A stretch of 64,000 bases of DNA from Gonapodya sp. JEL0774 (lineage: Eukaryota). This document shows, piece after piece, positions 24,976-37,222 of the stretch. The notes beneath the pieces are model-generated. The model ran no database searches. It saw nothing but the letters and a program-made list of their open reading frames with translations, and had not been told where the DNA came from. The stretch lies in assembly GCA_027604505.1 (NCBI GenBank), contig JADIIX010000068.1, positions 1 to 64,000 of the forward strand, given 5' to 3'. The translations under genes were made by a program, and so were the position numbers. The first letter of the stretch is position 1. Every line of letters starts with the position of its first letter.

Positions 24976-27900
24976 CTACAAATTCTCAAGTTTCGGTGCA
25001 TCACCAAACACGTGATCGATAAGAGTCTTTGGCGTAGATATTCCGGTTGCGCCGACGATGACCTAAGACAATTTGACTCGCCATTTCTTGACGTCGCACT
25101 TCTTACTCCCTTCTGTGAGCTCCAACTCACCTCCACGTCACTCCTGTTAGCTGCCTTCACTGCGTCCTGGATCGCCTGTACTTCGTGAAACGAGATTCCA
25201 CCAAGTACGTAGACAATCAACACAGGGTACTGTCCTGCCGGGTGGAGTGTCGAGCTCACTGGCGTCGCGCTGCCACCTCGTGCTCGAGTAGATATATTTG
25301 TCGCGAGGAAGCGACTAATAAATGGTGAGACCCCAACACCCAATAGCGATCCCCCAAAACCGCAAAGTCTTCGACTACAACCCACCTAATTCCCCCCACA
25401 CCCATATTACCGAGGTAATTCATAATCCCATAACTCACATGCCACATATCCGCCTCGAATGTCTCCCCTGCTGTGGCGGTCGCCTGCACAGAGGCCAAGA
25501 ACTTAGAGCCATATCCCGCAACGCCAGAGGCGGACGTGGCAACGTAATTGGGAGCAAGGACGTCAGACACGATGCGGGCTACGAGGGGAAGTGGGTTCGG
25601 ATTGGTTGCCGTCGGATTGGGTCTTTCCCGCGCAGCGCCGGGGTTGAGAGCATGACAATGAGGGAATAGTCCCGCCACCAGTATTTCTTTATCTAACAAA
25701 CTCACCTATATCGAGCCAGCCGCCCCCTCAGCTTCGCCGCCTCCACCATCTTATCCAGCGCTTTCCCCACCCATTCAGCCGCGATCCTTCGTCGCCTTTC
25801 TCGTTCCGCATAGTCTGACCACGATGGGCTTTCCAGTGGAGTCCCGCTCGCACTCTTGTGGGTTGTGTGAGGTCTGTTTTCAGCGCCGACTGCCCCACCA
25901 GCATCACCTTTTTCCTCACCCCACGCCCAATCTGCATCGAAGGCCTCAATCTCATCACCTCCTACATCCCAGTCACCACTTGGATCAACAGCCTCCACTG
26001 GCTCCACTTTGACCTCGGCCAGGGCGGTTGTGCCCGATTTATCTGGAATTTTCTCCTCATCTAATCCTTTCCACGCTTCCAGCACACACCCCACCAACGC
26101 TTCCTTGATCCCAGCCACCTCAATCTCCCACCTCGTCTCATCCACTTCTCCAACCACCCCATGCCCGAGTCCCATTGCGTACCCGGCTAGACCGCATACC
26201 TCCCTCACCCTATCCCAAGTCCATCTGTCACCCCTTGCGGTACAACGATCTCGTTCCGCGGCGATAACAGCGGCGGCTTCGGAAAGCGCTGTAGAGGATT
26301 CCGAGTCCGGATCCCAATCATCACTCGTGTCCCATCCGGCGCCAGAAGAGGAATTCCAGCCTCCGCCACCACTGGCTTCCGCTGCAGCCAAAGCCAACAC
26401 TTTTTCTGCGGCTTGGATTTCCTCCCAACGTTCTCTGAGGGGGTGTTCTAGCACGGTGGCAACAGCGGCGGCGAGAGTGAGAATGGACGAGCGGGGAATG
26501 ATGGCGTCCGGAACGGAGTGGAACAGAGACAGGAGTTTGATAAGCTGGGCCGAAGTGGCACGACCGAGCATCTTAAGGGACGTGTTGGAGCGACAGCGAC
26601 CGGACGGACGTCGTGAGTGGAGACACGACAACCTGTTGAGACTCATTATTCACTCACTTTTGGCGGTTTATCTACCCCCTCACTGCTCGCTGCTAACGCC
26701 TCTTCCGCGACCCTCCTTCTCATCGCCGCCAGGCCTTCCTTTTCCGGCAGCCCAACCACCTCCCCCCACGCATCGCGGGCGTCTGCAGACCCCGCACGAG
26801 CGGGAGAGAAGCGAAACGAGGTGGCAGGGGTTGTTGCGGGGAGGAGAGGAACGGCTGGGAGAAGTGGTTGGAGGTTAGAGACGGGAAGCAGGGAGAATGC
26901 CAGGTGGAGTGGGTGGGACGGGTGAGAAAGAGGAGATGAGAGGTCGAGAGTCTGGGTGTGGAAAACGGTGCTCAATGTTTTGGCCCCTGTGGACCAAACA
27001 GGAAAAGCCACTCCACAATCACAGGTCAACAATCAACCCACTCTGTCGACCACTACCACTCCCGCCATACGGGCACTGGTTCGTCTCCCACGATCTGTCG
27101 AGGTACGGGCTAGATAGCGCGCGAGTTCGAGTGACGCGGGGCCGAGGGCAAAAAGGTGGTCCTGGACGTGGAGGCTGTCCAAGAGGAGAGAGAGAGGGTT
27201 CGTAGCGTCTGGAGGAAAATGGGGGGACCATTTCAGAAAATTGGATGAACCGGGAAGGCAAAACTGACCGGAATCGAGCTGAATCAGATTCGATGTCTGC
27301 AACAGCGCATCATATTTCGATAATTTGACTTCGTAGGTGTGCTTCCCTCCTCCAGTCCCCAAACTACAGACATCACCACAACGCCGATGCACCGAAAAAA
27401 TTTCGTAGCAAAACTCACTCCCTGTCATTCCAGTGCCCGGCCACACACGTTCAGTTCCGGTGGTGATGAATAAGCTGGGTGTGATTTGAGCCCAGGCGAG
27501 CGGTGCGTGTCCGATATGTGCGGCTGCGGGTGCGGGTGAGAGACTTTCAAATACGTCCGTGAAAGTTACGACGGAAAAGGGACAAGTTGACCGGTGTGAA
27601 ACCGAACTCACGAATGTCGGCGGTTTGGGTTTTCGTTAATCCACTCCACGATCAGAGCCTCCACAGCAGCAAAGGAGGCGGGAAACCCAAGCCAGTCCAC
27701 AGCAGCAATTTGAGCGAGGTCGGACTCGGGTTTGTAAAGCGCGCCTGTTTCGAGGTCGCGCTGGAGGGTCACCACATGTTCTTCGCGCAAAAAGCGGTGT
27801 GCATCTTCAGAAACGGCAGAAAAAACGGAGCAAGTGGAAAACGAGCTAGAATGAGAAGTGAGAAGGTGCTTAACGGCAGGAAGTGCTTCCGGTATTGCGG

Positions 27901-28366
27901 AGGCGAGGAGAAAAGTGACGGAAGGGGGATCAGGGAAACTGTGCATCAATCGCCAGTCCCCAAACCATGAACGGAAATACCGTGATTTTATCAGCAATTT
28001 TCTACCAAGCTTTCTGTAATACACATAAAACAAGACTTACAAGAGCGCTCCTGCTTTCTTTTGGCGGTTCCTCTTTTCGAGATTACTCTGCATATCTTCG
28101 ACATCTCTTACTGTTGTTGCACCGGCATCAAGCAATCCCGCCACGCCTCCCTGCAAATTCCATGCGAGCGATGCCGCCGCACCCGCGTCAATGTAAACGA
28201 CGGATCCGTCACAGGCTTTGAGCCAAGGAGCATTCTTATCCGTGAAGACACGGTCCGTCGCAGTTGTCAAAAGCGATGGCGGGACTGTCGCGTGTGGGGG
28301 AACAGGCGATCCAGACGCTGAGGGGGTGGCTGATCGCGGACGGCGTGAATTCGGACTGGACGACAT
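24976..28366 (-). CDS. SCFD2: Sec1-family domain-containing protein (SCFD2/MIP3-like), multi-exon
   Basis: N-terminal GSVVYIDAGAAASLAW...GLLDAGA and C-terminal PVLIVYVLGGISFHEVQAI...VIVGAT resemble SCFD2/MIP3 rather than canonical SM proteins. Confidence 0.72.
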
Positions 28367-28473
28367 TCAAATTGTTGCGCATGTTCTTCACCTGTGTGAT
28401 GAGATTACATAGCACAACCACAGCCCAACACTTCAGCATTCACGTTACAGCGGTTTTGTACCTCTTTGGAAAA

Positions 28474-30887
28474 ATGAGCAAGAATATCCCCTCTCAGCTC
28501 GAGGAATTACTTGCCCTCCAATCTCCGTCAAATCGCCGGGCTATGTAAGTGCGGGGACGGTGTCTTTGGGACAGAGACTTGAACTTGTGGAAACAAGTCA
28601 ATCAATCGAGTTGGCGCTCGAAAAATTGCATTTGAACCCTTGGAATCACACTTAAACTCTTCGTCCGCTTGGATTCTTCATCGCCACAAGGCTTACCGCC
28701 CTTCTTCCTACCCTACCACCCTCCGAGCTCTTTGTGCTTCGCAATGCGCTTTCGAGTCCTGCTATGGCGATCGACCTCGTCTCCGCCCTTCCATTGGAAC
28801 TCTCTTTAAGAGTACTAAGTAGACTTGACGTGCAGACAGTAGGTCGAGCGGAGAAGGTGGGTGGGGTCGTCTGGCCACTGTTAAGACGGAGTGAATATTC
28901 ATGATTCCTGGTCTTAGACATGTTCCAGATGGTTGAATCTCATCAAATCAACGAATACGTGGCGTACCCGATATCTTGGGCTCATTCGACCCTCCGACGT
29001 GGACTTGCACGTACCACCTTCTCTCGCACCCAAAATGAGCACTGCCTTCAATGTGTTCCCACCACCCATTCTTTCCTTTCCTCCCCCTCCGTCTATCAAC
29101 AATCCGTTTAGCGAGGCTGCTTGCTCTTCCGGCGTCATCCCCCCGTACAAGCTGCTCTGCCGCCACCGTCACCTCGCGGATCGAGGGTGGCGCTCCGGGG
29201 AGCCGAAACTTCTGGGGAGGCTTCGAGGCCACCGCGATAAAGTAACGGCGGCCTTGTTCTTGGGTGTCGTGGGGGTGGTGTCACCGATCGATGCAAAAGC
29301 TGCCACTGAGATTGTCAAGTGGGATTCACGAGTTGGAGAGGTGAGTTCGAAGAGCAGAACCATCGGAAACCTGCATTCGAACCCCCACGATTCGACAATT
29401 TCATGCTATGCCTTTGTCGTCCCTTGATACACGTGGCCGCTCCCACTCGAATCCCCACCGCGTCATCTCATCACAAAGGCTCCTCTACTCATCACCGCTT
29501 CCGCCGATAAATCCATCCGTCTATGGCACCTCAGTCCCCCCTCACCACTCGTCGTCCTGCCGTCCACCCACTCACTGTCGTGTATTGCAGCTGACGTAAA
29601 GACGACAGTCTGCGAAGAGGAACGTGATCCGAAAAGGAGCTCCAAAACTTCCACACAGATTGTCAGAATCGTCGCCGGGTCGTTCACTGGTCTTGTGACG
29701 CTGTTTGTGCTCTCGGTGGAGACAGGGCCGGATGCTTCCGTCACGGTCACTGCTTCGGCAACCCGGCCGCCCAAAACCACCATCACAACTCGTTTGCGTC
29801 TCCTCTCCGTTCGTTCGCTGGGTCAGATATCCGGCTCTCCGATACTGGGCGTGAAGCTTTGGGGATCATGGGTATTCGCCGTGTCAGCTTCTGGAGTAAA
29901 GGGCATTTGTGTAGGCTTGCCCGAGTCTGTAAAAGTCGATGAAGTGATTGTGGGACCTGCCTTTGATTTGATCAAAGTGAGTGCAGGGAGATGTGGCGGC
30001 TTCAACCAGTTTAAAATGTATCTCACCTAACGAGTTGACTCACTTTGGCTCCCCAGCCACCCGCCGACAAACAGTACATCTACCACTCCATTTTACCCAT
30101 CACACTACCACCCGATCATTCGCACCACGACTTGTCTTCACCACGCTCCTACCTTGTCGTCCTCGCAGGCGAGGTCACGGACAACGAGCCCGGCGAAGAG
30201 CAAGGAACGGACAGACTCATCATCATCGACATCTCATCCTTCACAGCGGCCGAACCGCCTGACGATTTCCGAACGTCCAACCCCACAAAGCCTCAGGTTG
30301 TTGCCCGAGTGGTGATGGTGGGTGGATCCATGGGGAACACCGCGGCTGGACCCGATACGATAAGAGGGATGTACGCTCGGCGACAGCGAAGGCGAACAGG
30401 GCAGACTGACGATGTGGTGATCACGGTGGTCTGGTCGAAAGGACGGACGGTGTCGGTCGTGATGTCCGATGTGCTCGAGGTCAGCACAGCCAGTGGATCC
30501 AACGCCCGTCCTCCTTGCTGGTCACGCACATTCACGCTGCAGATTTCTTCCCTGCGGAATCCTGGTGCCCCTGCGTGGGAGGACGTTGTCTCATGCGCAC
30601 ACGACAGCGGACACACGGTGTGGATACAAAAGACGCTGTGGGGGTGGTGTGACGAACTTGACGTCGATGTAAAAGAGGAAGGATCCGGATCCCCTTCCAA
30701 GGCGAGTAAGGCGCGGTTTTCGAGGACGTTCGACGCCCCTGAATGTATCGCTGTGGACGGGGACCTCGTGGCGGTGGGAACGGGACATAAAGTGGTGGAC
30801 GTGATGTTGTTTGGTGCCGTGGGGTCCTCTGGATCGGCCTCTGAAGGCGAAGGAACAAAAAGAAGACGGTTCACCACCGGCGAGTAG
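28474..30887 (+). CDS. F-box/WD40 repeat protein, multi-exon
   Basis: F-box IDLVSALPLELSLRVLSRLD, then GWRSG..LRGHRDKVTA and LITASADKSIRLW WD40 motifs. Confidence 0.78.
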
Positions 30888-32432
30888 GGGACATCCTGGG
30901 GCACCTGGAGCGTTTGAGCTTCGTGGAAGGATCGCATATCTCCTTCCATTCCCGTGCAGGAACTGATGCTCTCGGTGCTAGAATATCGGTCTAGTGTATG
31001 AAACTGTCTGAATGTTTGTGTACAAATTGTTCGCATCACATTGGAATCAGATCTCTTCCTGTCGCTCAACTTGATATCTTCGAGCAAGCAATTGTTTTAC
31101 TTTTTCTATTACTTTGCCAATATTTCTACTGTGGTGATTACTATTCCTTTTCAGATGCGCACGTTGTATGCGATTTGCCGTGCTTGGTGATTCCAGATTT
31201 CCACGTGTCGTTCAGTCATACCCACCTCTGGTTATCTCCACCCACCCTCCCCCACCCACCTCGTCTTTCCACCACGTTCCAACTCCTCTGCCCACTGGTA
31301 CCTCGAGACCGCATCAGCCGGTTCGTCGTTACATGAACCAGCCTGGTCACCACGACCACCACCACTCACACCACCAGTCAGTCCACCCCGTGCGGCCCTC
31401 AAATCTCCCCAGGTGAGTAATCCGCCGCGAGATGGGTGCTTGACGTCTGAGGCGTGGACGGAATCGGTGGGGAAGAACCTACGCGGGAAAATCACACAAA
31501 ACACACATTGGGCCCCTGAGCAGCACCAGACCCGTCCCGCACTCCTACTCCGAACAACTCACCACCTCCACCGAGTCATGCCACCTGTAGGCACGACGTC
31601 GACTGTGGGACCTGTGGCAGCTTGACGGAATATCCGGGACCGGGACGACGGGTGACATTGTGCGCAAGGAGACGCGACGTGGCGGGCCAGAGGAGTGCCA
31701 CTGCGGGGGGGGGGAGCGGTGGGTGTCAGCGGGGTTAGACACCGCGTGGTTTTGCGTGGCGAGTGCGGACAATGTCCGTGGGAGGTGACACGTACCAGCC
31801 TAGACATGCTGCGCTGCGGAGGGTGCAGGAGCACGGTTGGGGGGAGAGAGTGCGGGGAGGAGTTGGTGCGGGGGAGCGAGGGAGAAGGTGGAGTCTGGGG
31901 TGTGAAAGAGACGATCAAGAATACAAGTGAGACACGCTGAAGCACCGTCCGAACAAGATCGCATCCGGGTTAGTGCCCCGTACTGTCGATCCCAAAGATG
32001 AAGTGTTTGAATTGCGGGGAGAAACATGACGGTGCCACACATTGGACCACGGTACATCCACCCCCCGCGTCCGAGATTTCCCACGGTGCTCTGATCCCAG
32101 AGGATGAACTTACCCAGCAGGCGCTTCATCGGTCGCGTAACACGTCCTGTCGCTGCCCTCTGCAATCACCCCCCCGTCCAGCCAGCTCGGCGCCACCGCC
32201 GACGCCATACCGCCCGCTCCAAATCCAGATCCGGATCCGGCTCCAACTATTTTCGCCGCGGTAGAGCAAACACTGACTCCGCAGTGCGCGCACTCCAGAC
32301 GAAGTACGGGTGCCGAATCTTGTGCTTCGAGTGCCGACGTACCCAAGGTTGCCAATGAGAACTCGAAGCGGCCCCATTCCTGCTCTCGTCGATCGATTCT
32401 AGCCCTGATGTTGTTCGCTGTATTGCTGGTAT

Positions 32433-32465
32433 CCCTCTCTCTCTCCCTCTCCCTCTCTCTCTCCC
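32433..32465. repeat. Imperfect (CT)n microsatellite
   Basis: The sequence CCCTCTCTCTCTCCCTCTCCCTCTCTCTCTCCC is directly visible. Confidence 0.85.
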
Positions 32466-33729
32466 GCTCGCTCTGTATGCTACGAGGGTTGGCCAGGCTG
32501 TCCATACCGTTGGCGCGCCTGGACAGTCCCAGCAGCGTTTCAATCTGGAGTTGACGATGTTGGGATCTGGGTCTGGGAACGGGGCCCGGAGTTTGAGAGG
32601 TGGAGATTGGCAGGTGGGGACCGAGGCCTGACTGGTGTGAGGAGGGCAGGGAAGACTGGACTGCAGAGAGGGATCTGGCGAAGAGCATTCTGGTGGATGC
32701 TGTGGATCCCAGGAGGAGGGAGCGTGGTGCTGTGGGGCGGGGAGTTTCGGGCAGAGTTCGCATGGCAGGAGAGGGGGAGCAAAGGCGGGAGCAGATTGGG
32801 GGGGGGTGGCAGCAGCAGCGGGGAATTCGAGCGTGATGCTTGATTGATTCCGTTGATGATGCGGAGCTGCAGTGGGAATCCGGATGATGGCGCAATCGCT
32901 GATGGACACAATTCGGGTGTCCACGATGAATCCAATATATTGGGTGTTGGCCAAAGGTGATCGAAATCCATCGCTGGTTGATCGACCCGCAACCTCCCAA
33001 TATATAAAGGGTTCCACGCCCACACTTCAACTTTATTTAATCCACTCGACAGTGACTCCTTCCTGCTCTTCTGGTCGCAGTTAATTTCGACCTTATGATG
33101 AATTTTATTTCTTTCTTTACCCTTCCTAGAGGCTTTCATCGAGCTTGGTGGCGATCCAGAGGCTGATAGCAAACTTTTGGAGAATGATTCCAGCCGCAGA
33201 CACCGAGGGTGAGAGCAGTATTGTGGATATCGAGCTTCTCTATACTGGGTGATGGACTAATGTTTTTGATAGTTGAGGTTGGTCCTTCTCGGACTAGTAA
33301 GTGGAGTCTGTTGTTGGGTCCAACTAAATGAATTCGATTGATTCATTCCCTCTGTCCACACAGAGCTCCCGACCTACCGCTATGACCACCACGTGTATTT
33401 TAAGGACTATGATGATGAACGGACGCAGTGAGTTTTCAGGAGTAACTATATGCGTGAGCCGTGTGGGGAGTGGTGAGTTGGGTCAGGATCACTCTAGTTA
33501 CTGCTCCCTTATGCCACGCATTGTCATGTCAAAGCCAAACCTGTATCTATAAATATGAGAGAACCAAGTCGCTTGACACACCCAGAGGAGGAAACGGCGT
33601 CATTCATTCATGTATATTTCGTAGGCCTAATCTCTCCCCCAACCCATCGCATCTTCCAACAAATCGCAGCTGGAGGGGCTGGGGATCCGGATCCAACGAT
33701 CGACCCCGTGTGAACCAACGAACCAATGT

Positions 33730-35880
33730 AATTCCTGTCGCTGTCGTCAACAGGCCTTCTTGGATTTTTTGCTTGCAGCCACTACTCTTTTTACATTATC
33801 CGCTCCACTTACCGCTGCGCAAAACCGCGCGAATGGTTCCAAAGTGTGTCAAGGAAGTTGTATCGACGTTTCCTTTGATGTTGTGAGTTGGTGCTGCACT
33901 TGACCGTCGACGGCGTTCGACCATAAAACACCGCCGTTGCGTACCTTACTTGCCGTCTCGTCTGCATCGCCTGAATCTTGCAGTGTCCCCCAAGCGACGA
34001 TGCGAATTTAGCCGTGGCGTGCTTCCCTCCCCAACTGTGCTGCTCAGTATGGTTGCTGCGACGTGGCCACACCACCCCCACCACCTGCAGTTCCGCCACC
34101 AACTCCCCCACCGGCCCCACCGCCTCCGCCACCTCCTCCAGTCGCCCCAACTCCGCCCCCACCAACAGCACCACCACCACCTCCTCCGGTCTCCGTCACT
34201 CCTCCCTCTCCGACTGTCATTCCGCCACCCCCTCCTCCAGCCGTCGTCCCCACTCCGCCTCCCCCTGCTGTTGTACCTCCCCCATCAAGTGAGTCTCACA
34301 CCAGGGTCTTCTGTCCTTCTTATGTATTGTCCAAACACGCCATTTTGCCAACTCTCCACTTTGAAGCACAACCATCACCCTCTGCTCCGGCCGCTTCAAC
34401 GGGTGCAGCTCAAACACCACCACAGGCTGCTGAGTCAGCTGTTGCACAACCTCCGCCAGCGTCTCTACCGAGCGGGACTCTCACTCCCAACAGCGTGACA
34501 GGGGCTGTGTGTAAGTCGCACATCGTCCGATCATGTCCGCAACACAAACTCACAATATCACAACGGATCGCCCACCAAACGACCCGCATGACTCGTACTC
34601 TTCCGCTCGCCCCAGCCTCCATCGCGACCCAATCCTCCTCCCCCGGCAACGTGAATACCAACGACACCTCCTCCTCTGGCTCCACCGTCGGATCCGGACC
34701 TACCACAGGCCAAGGATCCGCCCCAGGCGTCCCTGGATCGATCGACGCGTCCACGACGGGGAACTCGAGTCTGGCCGGCACGGGGATCGGCGCGGGTGCG
34801 GGGCCAGCGGCCGGGTTGGGAACCAGTGGGTCTGGAGGTGGGCTCGCCGGTCCAATTGGTGGGGCAGTGGGTGGGACTGTGGTGCTCTTGGTCGGTGGGC
34901 TTGTGGCGGGACACATCGGGCCGGTGAGTGGCTTTCCACAGTTCATATCGCGACAGTCCCAATCTCGAGGTGTCTGATTCTTTCTTGTTTAATTGGCTCA
35001 GTCAGCAACCAACTTTCTACTGAAGAAACCACAACTGGTTCCCAATTCCCACAGTCATTACCGCACACACCAAGCGATCCGACCAAAAATGTGGATGATT
35101 CTTCGTCTCCGCTCGTCGACTTTGAGACAAAAAGCAAGAACCATGACGCTTGGAGCATCGGAGAGGGAAGGTCGTGCCCACGTCTCACTCGACGATGCAA
35201 GGTCACGGGCCCACGGATCGACAAATAGTTCCACTCTCAGCGATGCAAACGTGTCTGTCGAGAAGACATCCAGCTTGCACCTTGGCACTATGGGACCCGG
35301 ATCGTGGAGTTGGAGCCGACCAGAAGAAACTGCGCACGTAAGACGGCTCCGCGGAAGACAATATTCCATTCCATTCGACTGACGTCATCAACCTACGTAT
35401 TTCATATTCGTTGTCTGGACTATGGGTCATAATCCCACAGATCCACGTATGTCTCCAAAAGTCGTCTGAACTCCAAATTTGGGTTGCCGTGTGTCATGCT
35501 CGCCTAAACCATACCGGAAACTACAGCCTCTCTTCCATTACTTTGCAGCCCCTCTCAACTTACTTGGGGAACCCACTCTGCCGTACCAAGGGAAGCCGTG
35601 GGGAGTGATCGACAAGGTAATTGGAAAGTGCCCGTAACAGCTCGAACCAAACTCAAGGTCGCGTTTTATGGTCCCTTTGACAGTACAACCCGGTGCAGGA
35701 AGATGAGATCGCTTTGTTCCCCTTGAACAGCGTCAAAACTTGCAGGTTCTTTTCCGGGACCGTTGGGGGTTCGGAACAAATGTGGGTTGCAGATTTGATT
35801 GATCATTACTTAAATTGCGGGAAAGACTTACACGAGACTCTCGATCGTCAGCTTACAACTAGAGCGATTGGCATGTTGTG
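33730..35880 (+). pseudogene. Probably frameshifted single-pass surface protein: signal peptide, Cys motif, poly-Pro, Ser/Thr/Gly stalk, TM and C-terminal SH3
   Basis: In order: FLLAATTLFTLSAPLTAAQ (signal-like), CQGSCIDV, a PPPP tract at 34063-34290 and TM IGGAVGGTVVLLVGGLVAG. SH3 pieces VIDK|YNPVQEDEIAL and LFRDRWGFGTN|LTTRAIGM follow and need a frameshift at ~35738. Confidence 0.55.
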
Positions 35881-36704
35881 AGTACCCCCAACCAACAACA
35901 ACGCCATTGGGTTACAGTAACATCAATTATCCCATCAAATGACGGGATCATAACACTATGAGCCCTGTGTGAGTTGTCTTCCGTAAATTTGTACATTAAG
36001 CACATTGCTTGGTGCTTAACAATATTCACCCGAATAAGCAGCGACTGCCTCGACGTTTCTCCTTTAGGCATGTTTCTTCCAGGGTCTGGTTCTCGCCCTG
36101 CCGCCAGCCGGTCTGTCAACAGTGGAAGCAACCACTTGTACCGCAACGCCACTCCGCAAACCAACAGCACGTCAAACCTCAGTCAGGTGTGTTCGTCTTC
36201 ACCAAGCGACGTGGCCGTGGCCTCACCTCCGTTTACTTGACGCTTTAATCTCAGCATTCGGCCGAGAGCCTTTCTAGATTCGACGTTCGAGGTCCCGACG
36301 GCTACGTTCTCCCAATCTCACAGCAGAGCTTTCACTCTGGAATGGTCCGCCCCTCCCACTCGGACTATGCCCGTTACCATTCGTCTGCCATGCCCCTCAT
36401 ACCCACGGAAGTAGTCGGCTTGAGATCAATTGGAGCACTTTTGGCGGCTACTGGATCAGGCTCCGGATACCCTAACACCCTTCGATCCAATTTCGCGAGT
36501 GGTCCGCCGAGAACGGTCTCTCAAAGATTCATTGTTGGAGATCAGCATGAGCATTTGAGCATAACACCTCCCAGTCGCGCTGTTTAGCAAATTCCGTGGA
36601 CCAAAAATTATTTTTGTCAAGATCTGCCAAATAACATGTTTGCTTGTATGTATGTGAACCGGTCAGTGGATACCGGTGGAGGTTGGGGGAAGAAGGAAGA
36701 GAAC

Positions 36705-36915
36705 AGGGGGGGGGGGGGGGGGGGGGGGGTTTGGAACCAAAAAAAAATACGCAAAAAAAACACAAGTTTCCGAAAAAAAAAAAAAAAAGAGAAAACNNNN
36801 NNNNNNGTCGTGCGGGTTGGTGTCGTGGTGTGGGGTGTTCGTGCGGCGGGGAGGCTCGGGCGGTCGCGGGGGCGCCGGGCGGCCCGGGGGGCGGGGGCCG
36901 CCGGCGGCGGGGTTT
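36705..36915. other. Assembly gap (10 N at 36797-36806) with low-quality homopolymer-rich flanks
   Basis: The N run is flanked by poly-G, poly-A and GC-run sequence typical of read ends. Confidence 0.9.
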
Positions 36916-37222
36916 GGAAGCACAAGGACTTTCGCTATCACTTCTCTCGTTTCCGTTCAGAGAAAACAAAGGAGAGAAGCACGTAGTTCGGCAGACTATC
37001 ATAATTAAATTTTCGTACACCGAAACCTGGACCTTTGTTGCGACCAGTGCCTATGTGCGTGGTCGGTCTTTGATTCTGCTAGTTACATTTCGACTTGCCT
37101 AATGCGTTGTTTGACGTATATACATACATTGAATATGTGAAACGCCGTTTGAATGGAAGCGGTAGTGGAACACCATTTCTCAGTCCTCTCCTCGCCCCCC
37201 AAAAATACGTCGGCTGCAGACG

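Noticed and set aside
36617..37102. ORFs with poly-G/K/P and apparent G-quadruplex runs
   Set aside because: They span the N gap and low-quality flanks, so they are likely sequencing artefacts.
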